Below are positions 26,167 through 38,670 of a DNA stretch of 64,000 bases, piece by piece (positions within the stretch are counted from its first letter, which is position 1; the number at the start of each line of letters is the position of its first letter). The stretch is taken from the NCBI GenBank assembly GCA_951406725.2, contig OX597822.1, forward strand, positions 107,136,001 through 107,200,000, given 5' to 3'. The DNA comes from Octopus vulgaris (taxonomy: Eukaryota). Position numbers and translations under genes: made by a program. The notes under the pieces were generated by a model. The model ran no database searches. It saw only the letters and a program-made list of their open reading frames with translations, and was not told where the DNA came from.

Positions 26167-27069
26167 TATAATTTTTATTATGGGTCATACACCCGTATGA
26201 ATCTTTCAAGTTCCTCTTGCCGCATGGTTAAACTGAAATTTATTCGGTGCATTGATTATCTGAATCACTTTGTTGTGATTCAATATTTTGTCGTTTCGTG
26301 ATAATAACATGAAATTTTGTTTTGTTCTTATTGTAAATATGAGGCTTTTTGGTTAGGTTTTCTTCATCTTCCATCAACCAAATATCACTAAGAAACGAAT
26401 CAGTCATTCTCAGAAATGTATCGAGAGAGGAACTGCGAAGGAGAAGAATCTGAACCTACATCGTTATGACTTCTAACATCTTAAAGCCACAGCCAAATCG
26501 ACGACATTCTGCGGCAAATGAAACGAAACAAGCACAGTTTACTAAGGCAACGCTTATTGCATCGTAGCTTCGCAAAACGGAATTTCGTTAATCATAATAA
26601 TGATTGCGCTCAATGATAATTAGAAATAAATCTCTATAAGAAAAATAATATTTAATTTAATTTCCGTAGTTTATTGTAATGATTGATAATGATGAAAATT
26701 ATGGTAAGCTGCAACAGTCACACCAACCAAGCGTATTGTGAAGTATTTTTTGAAATCTTTTCGTTTTTATTTCTTCAGATCTTGCTAAATACAAAACTGT
26801 GTGTAGGATCTCCCGACGGAAATTTAACATTTCATCGTTAAAATGTGCCACGCCATCATAATAAAAGAAAGATAATGATCGTTAGGACGATGTTGGTGAT
26901 GGTGAATGTTATGATGATGAGGATAATAAGGGTGAGGAAGAGGATGGCGTGTACTGACGGTGATGATGACGGATCGGACAATAATTATGTTATTAAATTT
27001 TCAATAATGATTATTAAAAAATTGATTATTAATAAAATATTTGAAATTAAAAACAACAGCAACGTAATC

Positions 27070-27165
27070 GTCACCACCACCAACGCCCCCGCTCCACCAA
27101 CGCCCCCCTCCACCAACGTCCCCCTCCACCAACGCCCCCGCTCCACCAACGCCTCCCCACCACTA
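27070..27165. repeat. 18-bp GC-rich minisatellite (CCACCAACGCCCCCGCT-like, ~5 units)
   Basis: Directly visible. Confidence 0.8.
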
Positions 27166-27530
27166 ACACAACAACAGCAATAATAATAAAACTGATAGTA
27201 GTAGTAATAACGCCTAGTTGTAGTGTAGTATTAGTAGTAGTAGTTATTGTTCAGTATAATTTAGTTGGCATGAAACTTCTTTGATAAATCGGTAACCGAG
27301 TGCATTGAACAAATAGCCGGGCCAACGCATGTAACAAAAAAAACAAACTATTAACACAGATGAACGTGTAATCGCTTATTCATACACAACTATACACATA
27401 CGCGCATAACTACAAATAAAAGCAAGCATATTAAACCCATTTTTACTTTTTTAAAATGATACGCTGACTAGATTTGAAGCAGACATATCAAATACAAATG
27501 GCGTTTCTCTCTCTCTCTCCTTTCCCTCTC

Positions 27531-27591
<61 letters not shown>

Positions 27592-27596
<5 letters not shown>

Positions 27597-27784
27597 ATAG
27601 AAGGAGCTTCTACAGGACTAGAACTGTTTCATTCAAATGAAATCATCAGAAGCTTCCTGATGATTTCACTTGAATGAAACAGTTCTAGTCCTGTAGAAGC
27701 TCCTTCTATAAAATAAATTAATTTACTCTGCTATGTATTGAGTACCTTATTTACTGTAGTTAACCCCGACTCAACCCGGGACCT

Positions 27785-27785
<1 letters not shown>
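27592..27785. mobile_element. Palindromic repeat with complete hammerhead at 27651-27701 (+) and mirror copy (-)
   Basis: Near-perfect ~60-bp arms centred on GAAGCTTC; agcuuc-CUGAUGA-u-uuc/acuu/gaa-u-GAAACAG/uucuaguc/CUGUA-gaagcu. Confidence 0.85.
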
Positions 27786-27845
<60 letters not shown>

Positions 27846-28105
27846 TGTACTTACATCTACATATATTTACACATATACACACAGAGGCACACACACATCT
27901 CTCTCTCTCTCGCTCTATCTTTCTATTTATCTACCTATCTATATAGATATAGATGTATCGAATAACCACGAACAACGTATGCATCAATAAAAAGGTGGAT
28001 CACAATAGCATTGAAATAAAGAAGTATATTAAGTATATTTCCTATATTATATAAGGATGGGGTAATCGCGTACAGTATTCCAAGTTTCCACGGGCGTAAA
28101 GATAA

Positions 28106-28183
<78 letters not shown>

Positions 28184-28401
28184 TGTGTATGTATGTATCG
28201 AGAAAGAGAGAGAGAAAGAAAGAGTGAGGTATAGAGAAAGAGAGAGCGAGCTGTTTCATTCGCAATCGGCAGCAAGTCAGAAGAGTGACCCGAGATTTCA
28301 GGCATGTCTGTTAACTGTTCTCATAAGTATCATACACGAAACTATCCGCCTTGAGTTACTAGTGAGTATATCTACTGATTGAAATATTTATATTCGTCAT
28401 G

Positions 28402-28572
28402 CTAGATCGCTAGCCACTATACATTCTTTATTTTCACTCCTTGTTTCTTTTTGTGTTCTTTCCAGAGCGTAGGCTCGAAAAGTTAAAGACTTTTTCAGTT
28501 CCCGAGCGTTAAACTAATACATGTTTGTTGTCTACACCACTTGTCTTCGTCTTTTGTTTTTTTGTGAATTCT

Positions 28573-28575
<3 letters not shown>
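28402..28575 (+). mobile_element. Family D repeat, hammerhead core partly deleted
   Basis: TTCC--AGAGCGTAGGCTCGAAAAGTTAAAGAC..GAATTCTCCC(TA)n. Confidence 0.7.
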
Positions 28576-28612
<37 letters not shown>

Positions 28613-29039
28613 TCTTTATTCAACTCTATTTATACAGATTGTTCCATAAATCCTATATTATTCACGTTCTGCTGGAGATAAAACTTTTATGGCATCAGGA
28701 ACGTACAATTCTCGCTAGTAAGAATAAAGTTTCTAAAATGAATAAAAAACCTCGAAGGCTTTGGTTCAGTGATACATTGCTTCCTGTTATATTTACTGGA
28801 CATCTGGGTTCGAGTCATACGGGCATCCTTCGAATTCTTTTACACGCCAGCGTTTTTACTCGCTATTTCAGGCGGCGAAATGGCATTGCGACCATCTTCA
28901 TGTCCAGATTTCAAATTCTCTTGTAGTCGATTTAATCTTTCATCTCTTCCGGTTCAATAAAATAAATACCATTTATTTATCGTTATATTTGATTCGAGAT
29001 TCACTATTCCAAAAGCCATATATAAATATATATATATAA

Positions 29040-29071
<32 letters not shown>

Positions 29072-29073
<2 letters not shown>

Positions 29074-29350
29074 AGGCGCAATGGCCCAGTGATTAGGGCA
29101 GCGGACTCGCGGTCGTAGGATCACGGTTTCGATTCGCAGCCCGGGCGTTGTGAGTGTTTATTGAGCGAAAAACCTAAAGCTCCTCTACGCTCTGGCAGGG
29201 GGTGGTGGTGATCCTTGCTGTACTCTTTCGCCACAACTTTCTCTCACTCTTTCTTCTGTTGGTGGCATCATTTGAAGGCTAAAAAAATGCGAAACGCATT
29301 GTGACCAGCGATGTGTAGCAACATCTGATAGCCTGGGCAGTCACATGATA
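29072..29350 (+). mobile_element. SINE family B type 2
   Basis: Family B head and type 2 tail. Confidence 0.85.
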
Positions 29351-29375
29351 TATATACACATATATATATATCTTT

Positions 29376-29777
29376 TTTTTTACTTGTTTCAGTCATTTGA
29401 CTGCGGCCATGCTGGAGCACCGCCTTTAATCGAGCAACTCGACCCCAGGAATTATTCTTTGTAAGCCTAGTACTTATTCTATCGGTCTCTTTTGCCGAAC
29501 CGCTAAGTGACGGGGACATAAACACACCAGCATCGGTTGTCAAGCAATGCTAGGGGGACAAACACACAAACACACACACATACACACACACATACATATG
29601 TATATATACATATATACGACGGGCTTCTTTTCAGTTTCCGTCTATCAAATCCACTCACAAGGCTTTGGTCGGCCCGAGGCTATAGTAGAAGACACTTGCC
29701 CAATGTGCCATGCAGTGGGACTGAACCCGAAACCATGTGGTTGGTAAACAAGCTACTTACCACACAGCCACTCCTGC

Positions 29778-29778
<1 letters not shown>
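29376..29778 (-). mobile_element. SINE family C, full length
   Basis: Reverse complement of family C. Confidence 0.9.
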
Positions 29779-29829
<51 letters not shown>

Positions 29830-30254
29830 ACACGTATATGATGTGTGTGAATTAGGTCTTTAGATATGCCACTTTCTGTTTCAGTTCAGTGTCTGTTAAG
29901 AATAATTACTGAGAGTCTGTGTTAGTATGTATGCATTTAAATATGGTAATAGGATCCTTGTTAAAAAAATAGATGAAAGAAAATGGTTCTAAAGGAGACA
30001 AGGTCGAAGTCATTAACCTTTCTAGACGGAGATCAATGACTTCATTGTCATCGAACGCGCTCTAGGCTGATAGATTGATATCAATTACTTCGATAAGGTG
30101 TCTGTCAATACGATTAAACAGTTACATTGACGCAACATACATTCAGACACGCATCCCACCACTACATACGTATACATACATATATATATATATGCATTTG
30201 TGTGTATATATGCCTTTATATATATATATGTATCTGCATATATATATATATATT

Positions 30255-30297
<43 letters not shown>

Positions 30298-30402
30298 ATG
30301 TATGTATATATATGCATTCGTGTGTATACTTGCCTTTATATATATGTATCTGTACATATGTATAGATGCATGTATGTATTTGCATATATATATGTATGTA
30401 TA

Positions 30403-30453
<51 letters not shown>

Positions 30454-31116
30454 GTATGTAAGCATGTATATATCTATATGTATGTATACACAGACATTCA
30501 CACACACAATTTCGTCAATCTTCACACAGACACGCACTTATTTCTGCTGTCCGTACACACAAGAAGAAACATGCCTACGAATTCACTAATACACACATAT
30601 ACACATGAATACCTCACATCCATATGCATATGTGTATCTATGTATGTATATACACACAAACACATCCACACACTCACACTCTTGCACACACACACACATA
30701 TATACACACTCACACAAAACCATAACTGACGCAACCATATTTTCATACAATGGCAAAAGATTACACATACATTTACAAGCACTATGACATACACACGAGT
30801 GAATTCATAAGCTTACATGCACACGCATACACATACGAACGCACACACACGCATACGCACAGACACACAAGCACATACGAACGCTCACGCTCCATACAGA
30901 TGATATCTATAATATTTACTCATCTCGACAACAAATTCCCCTCTGTGGGATTTGTAGACAACAATCGCGCGCATGTTCATACATAAATGGTTAGTTATAA
31001 TTATCCACATGCAGTCTCAGCTTCGTGTCGTCTGGGAATACAAAAAAAAAACATTACAATACACTCATTACACTGTATACATACACACATGCATATATAT
31101 CCGAAGTCAGTCGCCA

Positions 31117-31379
31117 TGATAGGTCGTTAGCAACAACACACACTTTTCCTCTCTTTGTTTCTCTCCTTGTTTTTTTCTTTCCTTTTTTCTCTCCTTTATT
31201 CTCTCCTTTTTTCTCTCCTTCTTTTCTCTCCTTGTTTTTTTTTTCTGCGTCCCTTTCTGTAGAAGAACGTAGGTTCGAAACGTAAAAGTCTTTTTTCTAT
31301 TCCTGAGCGTTATACTAATATATCTGTTTGATTTGTACATCACCTGTCTTCATCTTTTTTTTTTTTCGTAAACTCTCCC
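31117..31379 (+). mobile_element. Family D repeat with hammerhead variant at 31253-31288
   Basis: cuuu-CUGUAGA-a-gaac/guag/guuc-GAAAC-GUA-aaag. Confidence 0.75.
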
Positions 31380-31954
31380 TTTACATACATATATACAATC
31401 ATTCATGCATACACACACCCAATCAGACACATACAGACACACAGACACACACACGCACACATATATAGATATACATACATACATACATACATATATACAT
31501 ATATATACATATACGTACATACATACATAACTATGCAAGTATGTCTAAAGTGCTATCATATAATATCCACATAGAAATCATTGGTTAAGGTAGCGGTCTG
31601 CTGGAAATTAAACCGCCATTGAAATATTTGTTATTTGTTACAGTAATGATGGCGTCTGACTTAAGGAAAAGACCGAATTTACGACGAAATAGCGAATCTT
31701 GAAGAATTTCAGTATTATGTTGTTGAAAGAGATTAGAAATATTGAATTTCTAAATGTCTCAGAGAGACACAAGCGGTGGTCAAGCGATATAGTGGTTGTA
31801 TACTGTCAACTCAATGTGACAGTCCCGTAAGGGAATTACACCACCGCCATTTAGCCCTAGGAAGCATCGACGTCTCCTGTCGGCTTTGACACATTTTCTG
31901 TGTCCTTATATTTGCAAAAGGGAGGCAATCACCCCCGCAAGCCGGGACAAGGCA

Positions 31955-32000
31955 CCTGAAGACATATGTTTCTGAGTGTATTGCTCATCGTCAGTTCAGG
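31955..32000 (-). ncRNA. Canonical type I hammerhead ribozyme at the head of a ~215-bp dispersed repeat (31786-32000)
   Basis: ccugaa-CUGACGA-ugag/caauaca/cuca-GAAAC-auau-GUC-uucagg: perfect 6-bp stem I, 4-bp stem II, palindromic stem III ACAUAUGU, GUC site. Confidence 0.9.
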
Positions 32001-32139
32001 GTAGCATGCCTCGCTCACTGAGATGACCGCAACCCCTCTGCAAATAAAGAACATTTTAGAAAACGGCTTTGGCTGAAGACACCTTTCTGATAGTCTCTCT
32101 TTTAATAGTGATATATATCAGAAAACTTTGTACAAAGTA

Positions 32140-32386
32140 GGGTATTCGGCTCGTGATCGCTAGTTCGTGAGTTCAATTCCCGGCAAGACACACTATTTCC
32201 CGTTGCCCCATCCACTTAGCTGTCAAAAATGAGTACTACCTGTCTTTCAATGAGCCAGTATTGTCATACTCTGTGTCACGTTGTCTGTGGAGCGCTCAGC
32301 CACATGCGCGTTAATTCCAAGAGCAGGATGTTCCGGAGTTCTGTTGAGCGGATCATCTGGAACCCTCGTCGTCGTAACTAACGGTT
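32140..32386 (+). mobile_element. Hybrid SINE: CORE-like head plus family B type 1 tail (diverged)
   Basis: GAGTTCAATTCC..GGCAAGACAC..; tail GTGGAGCGCTCAGCCAC..GGAACCCTCGTCGTCGTAAC. Confidence 0.7.
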
Positions 32387-32544
32387 GCAATATATCGAAA
32401 TTGCGAGGATAATCCGGTACTTGACTGATGATAAAAGGCTTCGAATGACCCGTCTGTGTTTTTTGTATCGTCTATCTGGATGTTTTGTTGTCCCTTTTTG
32501 TATCACCTAGTTGTTGGGATGTTTTGCGTTCTTGTCGTATTTTG

Positions 32545-32625
<81 letters not shown>

Positions 32626-33159
32626 GCCCCACCCCACATGAATAACAACAGTGAGAGTGTTTTATAGTATCACAACAGTAATACTAATAATCTTTGGTCT
32701 CGACTCGTGGTTTCGTGTGAAAGTAGTTTTTCGCAATTATCAGACGGGCACTCTAAGGATCTATGTATGTTTGTATGTCTGAGTTTGTGCGTGGGTGAAT
32801 GTCTATGTGTGTGTGGGCATATATTATGTAAGAGCTCCCTCTTGAAACAGTGCTAAATCGACAACACAACTGTTCTGGAGTGTAATAATTCGATATTCAT
32901 GTTTGCTCATATTTTCGAAGTGTTATAATTATTTTGGCAAAATGACATATCTTCGGTCCATAAACTTTCGAAAACTTCTCGGTGTGCTTTTTATTTTTTT
33001 TTGAGGAGGTGGTGGTGATGTTAAAAGTGATTATAGTGGACCAGCTATTACTGCAGTTTGAAGTTAGCAGCAAAAGGTCATGGGAATGATGTACCAATTA
33101 ACCTAATCAATGTCACTGGAGTTACAATTGTCAAGTATTAAAACAATATAAATCTCGTG

Positions 33160-33560
33160 GCTTATTGAGCAGTTACAAACCCTTGTGCCGGCGTATTGAT
33201 TGCTTTAATTTGTATCTTACTATTAATTAAACTTCCTTTGTCGATGTAATTTTTCTGGAGTTCTCTATAAGAAACTAGCGTTATAGACTGGTTGTCACAG
33301 TTTTGCTTCATGCTCAGAAATCTAGTGTACTCTACTGACCTCATTTTCTTAATGCACTGGTTGCCTACATTCAGTATCAAACCAACGTTTGTTATCTGGT
33401 TTCTTACTAATGATTTTATGTCAATGAAGACGTTCCAAAGTTTACAAATAGTCTCTGTCATACCAATGCACCTATCCTCAATCTATTTTCGTACAAGAAT
33501 TGCTGACAAGTTCACGCATTTCGAACAGTGTGGTAAATTGATTATAAAGCTTTTAATTCT
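33160..33560 (-). pseudogene. Possible decayed PLE GIY-YIG remnant
   Basis: CIGMTETICKL resembles YIGMTETTFK; weak. Confidence 0.3.
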
Positions 33561-33839
33561 TGTGTATTTTCAATATATTCTATCTATTACTTACTAATTA
33601 AGTTACAAGTAAATTTTCTTACATTTCAGGGTATTTTTTAAGGGCATTTTTATCCATTCTAAAGTTGGAGTATATTTGGTTCATGTTGTATAGTACATGC
33701 AAGTTGTTTGTATGTTTTGATACTAAATAGTTGCTCTATCTGTTGTATTTGTGGGTATGATAATTTGTATACATACATACATACAAACATACATACATAC
33801 ATACATATATATATATATATACATCTACACACACATCTA

Positions 33840-33896
<57 letters not shown>

Positions 33897-34031
33897 GTAT
33901 ATATATACATCTATAAGTATATATGTATATGCTTACATCTATCTGTCTGTCTGTCTGTCTGTCTGTTTCCTTAATTAATTACTTGGGCTACCTCAGTCAA
34001 ATAATCTTGGAGAAAGTCAATGATTACGAAG

Positions 34032-34068
<37 letters not shown>

Positions 34069-34119
34069 TACATACACACACACACACACGCACACGCACA
34101 TACACACACACACACACAC

Positions 34120-34196
<77 letters not shown>

Positions 34197-35272
34197 CTAC
34201 ATATACATATATTAATTTGATTAATTTGGGAAAACGAATTGCCAAATCAATCAGATACAACCCTTTAGCTTTAGATGCTCGTATCGTAGAGTGAGGTCTT
34301 GATTATCATATATCTATATCTTTAGCAAGAAATATATAAATATATAAAAGAAATCAATATTAAATCCGTTTTAGGAATTAATAGATATGCGGGTATACTA
34401 TTTCATATAATACAAAATATTAGATTAACAATATTTTGAAAAAAGAACCTGAAGATTTATTGGTAGTATTTTAAATATGATGATTGCATATATATATATT
34501 ATATATATATATATAATAATCTTCCAATACTGAAACACGAGCAGTTCGTTCATAATTGATAATTTTAACTTAAGTAGAAGATAATTAAAGAAGTATATTT
34601 TATACTGGTTATATCCTTTAAGATATTATTTCGTACAAATAGATACCACGAGTTTACCTGCAGATACACTCATTATGTTATTAAAAAAAATATTACCTGA
34701 AATAAATACCCGCATATCTATTAATCCTCCAAATTTAATTATATATATATATATGCTTGATTCAGTTCCATGCAATTTAAAGTTTCCAGGATAATAATCT
34801 TAAAAATAGTATTTCTCTTGCTCGTATTTTTCCATGTAATTCCCGTTTTTTCCAGGCTATGCTATTAATTAATAAGGTATCAAATGTGTCAATTAGCGGT
34901 GTCATTTCTTCATTACCTCATTGACGCCGGGGACATGTATTTGAAGTCCCCTCATAGAACTATATTCATAAAAAAAGTATAGAACTATATTATCACCCTC
35001 AAATTTAAGGAACAAACACTCATAACTTTTTTCTTTTAAAACTTCATTGTATGAGATTGATACCATGAAACTCTTCGAATTGAGCTCAATCGTTTAAGCT
35101 TCATTGGAATATAGTTTGTTTAAAAAAAAGGTAAATATACTTAAATCCGCTATTTCGCCTTACTTAATATATTTTTCATGACATTTTACCTCACAACTTT
35201 TTTTATTCAAATTTTTGTTTCGTTGGAAACGTCCTCGCGTTGTTGTTTTTTCTTGCACATATTCATGTTTGG

Positions 35273-35332
<60 letters not shown>

Positions 35333-35334
<2 letters not shown>

Positions 35335-35627
35335 CATAGCAAATGATTTGATCTGAGAACGTGTGCTGGAACGAAAACAATTGCAGCGTGGAAGGTGTTT
35401 GTAAGCCATTTAAGAAACACACAAAAGCCGTTCGATTCATTTCAACATTTAAGTTTAAGTTGTCAAAATATTTTCGTCGCGACCTGTTCACGGATTTTTG
35501 TCAGTGAACAGGTCGCAGATTTTAGCGACGAAAATATTTTGACAAATTAAACTTAAATGTTGAAGCGAATCGAACGGGTTTTGTGTGTTTCTTAAATGGC
35601 TTACAAACACCTTCCACGCTGCAATTG

Positions 35628-35630
<3 letters not shown>
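35333..35630. mobile_element. Family F palindrome, second copy; G3:C8 hammerhead at 35497-35546
   Basis: uuuguca-GUGAACA-g-gucgc/agauuuua/gcgac-GAAA-auau-UU-ugacaaa. Confidence 0.8.
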
Positions 35631-35692
<62 letters not shown>

Positions 35693-35734
35693 CATGTATG
35701 CATGTAGGTAGGTAAATATGTATAAAATACATTG

Positions 35735-36215
35735 CTTCGGTCTCAAGTTGGGCTGCGAACAAAAGTGTGGAGTGAAAGCATTTGAAGAGGCCACGATAAC
35801 GCAAGTAAGACTCAAAAGAGATCTAAGGTAGAATATAAGGATCGAGAAGATGAATGACAATGACGTTTTTGTGTGCACAGTCTGTGAAAGACTATGCCTG
35901 TCTTTGGCTGCCCTCAAATTTCATCTGCGAATGCATGGAAAACGAACCTCCACCAGCTATTCTGCCTATATGTTTGCGGACACCTTTGAATGCAATGTAT
36001 GCTAGAAGGTTTGCAAATCCAACGGAAGCCTCAAAAGTCATTTGAAGATCCACTAAGGACAGAACTGATCTGCAGCTCTTGGTGGTCCAAATAGGAGATG
36101 CAATCTATGTGGGTGCTTTTTCTGAACATTGATTTAAACTTCAGAACTGGTTTAAAAAGCCACATCGGATGCCATGATGGTTGCAGGTGCATAAGGAGTA
36201 GACAATCACCATGTA
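35735..36215 (+). pseudogene. RTE-clade LINE C-terminus remnant with three tandem C2H2 zinc fingers
   Basis: GVKAFEEATITQVRLKRDLR*; FVCTVCERLCLSLAALKFHLRMH (35868); FECNVC*KVCKSNGSLKSHLKIH (35985, same frame); CNLCG..TGLKSHIGCH (frameshifted). Confidence 0.7.
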
Positions 36216-36595
36216 TATATACAGATTCAAACTCACTAGCAGGAAGTGGAGGAGAGAGAGTCAACAATAGCACTTGTGAGAGGAATTATAACAAATGATT
36301 TTCTGTTATTTATTTCAATTTAAGGCCATAAACATTTTACTTTTGGAAATTATTATTTATTTCATATTTTTTATTAGCAGAAATAAAATTTATATAAATT
36401 AAATTATAATCATTGAAGGTATGCTACGGTTCATACCCAAAGTATTATGTTTAATATAATTAACATACTCCATACATTTAATGTGCCTAATTTATTTAAG
36501 CGCAAAATTGTCTCTATATTGATTCAACTTGATCCCTCTTACAGCCACTTTTTATCTTAGGGAATTGACCCCCTGAGTGAATCTCATCTGTGGAC

Positions 36596-36664
<69 letters not shown>

Positions 36665-36672
36665 TTGTATGC

Positions 36673-36722
<50 letters not shown>

Positions 36723-37193
36723 ATTTAATCTTACACCTTTGTTCTGTTCCCATCAAACGCCCTGTTTCCGCTATATTCTTCCCTATCAATCTCTTGTTGT
36801 TTTTCATCAACCTCCATCATGAACTTGTTGTTCCTTTTCCCGAGACTACATTTGTGCATGAACATTACCCATAGATGTTAACTACCATGAAATTTTGTGA
36901 TTAGTGACGCAACAGTTTCATGGAACTTTTTATTTAATATCACTCGTTAGTGATAGGTTACACGAAGCATTTCATTTTAAACGCCATGATTTCTGCATCA
37001 CCAACAACGTCTAACGTCAACACTGAACCCCATTAACGAGTAGCGGCTATCATCCTTCTAGAAAAATACAATATGTTATTTTTATGCTAGCATTTCCTTT
37101 ACAAACGGGGTCCCAATTCGCTAAAGCCACCTCGTCTGATATAGAGGTCCAGCATTTTAAATTATCCAGTGATGTCGCTTCTTCAGTTGTATG

Positions 37194-37330
37194 TTTCTCT
37201 CCTTGATTTTTTCTGTGTCCCTCTCCGTAGAAGAGCATAGGCTCGAAACGTAAAAGACTTTTTTCAATTCCTGAGTGTTTGTCTTGTACACCACCTGTCT
37301 TCGTCTTTTGTTTTTTTCGTAAACTCTCCC
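37194..37330 (+). mobile_element. Family D repeat with hammerhead variant at 37221-37256
   Basis: CCGUAGA-a-gagc/auag/gcuc-GAAAC-GUA-aaag; ends CGTAAACTCTCCC. Confidence 0.75.
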
Positions 37331-37532
37331 TGTGTATATGAAGCTTACATATACCGGCGCGCGCGCACACAGAACACACACACGCAGTCTTTTATTCTTT
37401 CAGTTGTTTCCATTAAATGTATCTGCGTCCATGCTGGTGCACCTCCTTGAAAGGTTTTTTCTCGGACAATTCAATCCAACAATTCCTTTAAAGTCTAGTA
37501 CATATTCGAACCCCAAATTTACGGGGACACCA

Positions 37533-37677
37533 AGCGGTGTTTGGGGAGAACAAATAAAGACACAACGACACAGACATATATACACACATACATACATATA
37601 TATACACATAGGACGAATTTCTTTCAGTTTCCCTCAACGAAATCCACTCAGAATACATTGGTAGAAGACACTGGCAC
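37533..37677 (-). mobile_element. SINE family C, degraded internal fragment
   Basis: CTTTCAGTTTCC..AAATCCACTCA..GTAGAAGACAC. Confidence 0.6.
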
Positions 37678-37829
37678 AATTCTCCCTCTCTCTCCCTCCT
37701 CCTCCCTCAGTCTCTTTGTCTCGACTCTTTCTTTGTTGATCTTTGCGTTGTAGCGTGAGAGGGGAAAAGTATAAAACAAATACAGAGAGTTAAAATAGGG
37801 GTTCAAGTGTGAATGAGTACATTAAGCTT

Positions 37830-38061
37830 CTTTCTTTATTGTCCACAAGGGGCTAAACACACAGGGGGCAAACAAGGACAGACAGAGGGATTAAGTCGAT
37901 TACATCGGCTCCAGTGCGTAAATGGTACTTAATTTACCGACCCCGAAAGAATGAAAGGCAAAGTCGACCTCGGCGGAATTTGAACTCAGAACATAACGGC
38001 AGGCGAAATACCGCTAAGCTTTTCGCTCGGCGTGCTAACATTTCTGCCAGCTCGTCGCCTT
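37830..38061 (-). mobile_element. SINE family A, full length with 16-bp TSD
   Basis: TSD TGAGTACATTAAGCTT at 37814-37829 and 38062-38077. Confidence 0.92.
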
Positions 38062-38089
38062 TGAGTACATTAAGCTTATTAGTAGGAAG

Positions 38090-38121
<32 letters not shown>

Positions 38122-38351
38122 TTAATAATAGCACCTGTGAGAGGAATTATAACAAATGATGATTTTCTCTTAATTTATTTTAAAGCAATGAATATTTTAC
38201 ATTTGGAAATTATTATTCATTTCATACTTCATACTTCATACAGAAATAAAGTTGATATAGATTAAATCATAATCATTGAATGCATGCTATGGTTCCTGGT
38301 TCCATTGGTGGCAAAAGTATACATATAAAGAATATATATAAATTTAAATTT

Positions 38352-38638
38352 AAAATGAGAGTGAGAAATTAGATATTAATTTAATTAATATCGATTTCAC
38401 ACCAGTTATCTAGCATATAAAAAAACTGAAGGTTCAGCAAAATTGTATTATGAGGGAAACCGTTATGTGGACACCCTTATGCTAGAAATAGATCCGCTAT
38501 TGTCTTACCATTAAGAAATGTTCTCAAGAAAAATTGAAAAATTGTTTTGCTAAATTCTTCATGAGAACATTTCTTAGTGGTAAGACCATAGCGGATCTAT
38601 TTCTAGCATAAGGGTGTCCACATAGTGGTTTCCCTCTA

Positions 38639-38640
<2 letters not shown>
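38352..38640. mobile_element. TA-flanked repeat family H with ~70-bp terminal fold-back
   Basis: Inverted arms 38452-38526 / 38572-38636; terminus related to 60706-60910 and 40140-40185. Confidence 0.6.

Positions 38641-38670
<30 letters not shown>

Noticed and set aside
32395-32550. TA-adjacent island containing CTGATGA
   Set aside because: No GAAA or stems in the proper position; may be a repeat terminus but not a supported ribozyme
36750-37190. Possible decayed LINE endonuclease (minus; [13 protein letters not shown]); similar hint at 44330-44600
   Set aside because: Too degraded to support without a profile search
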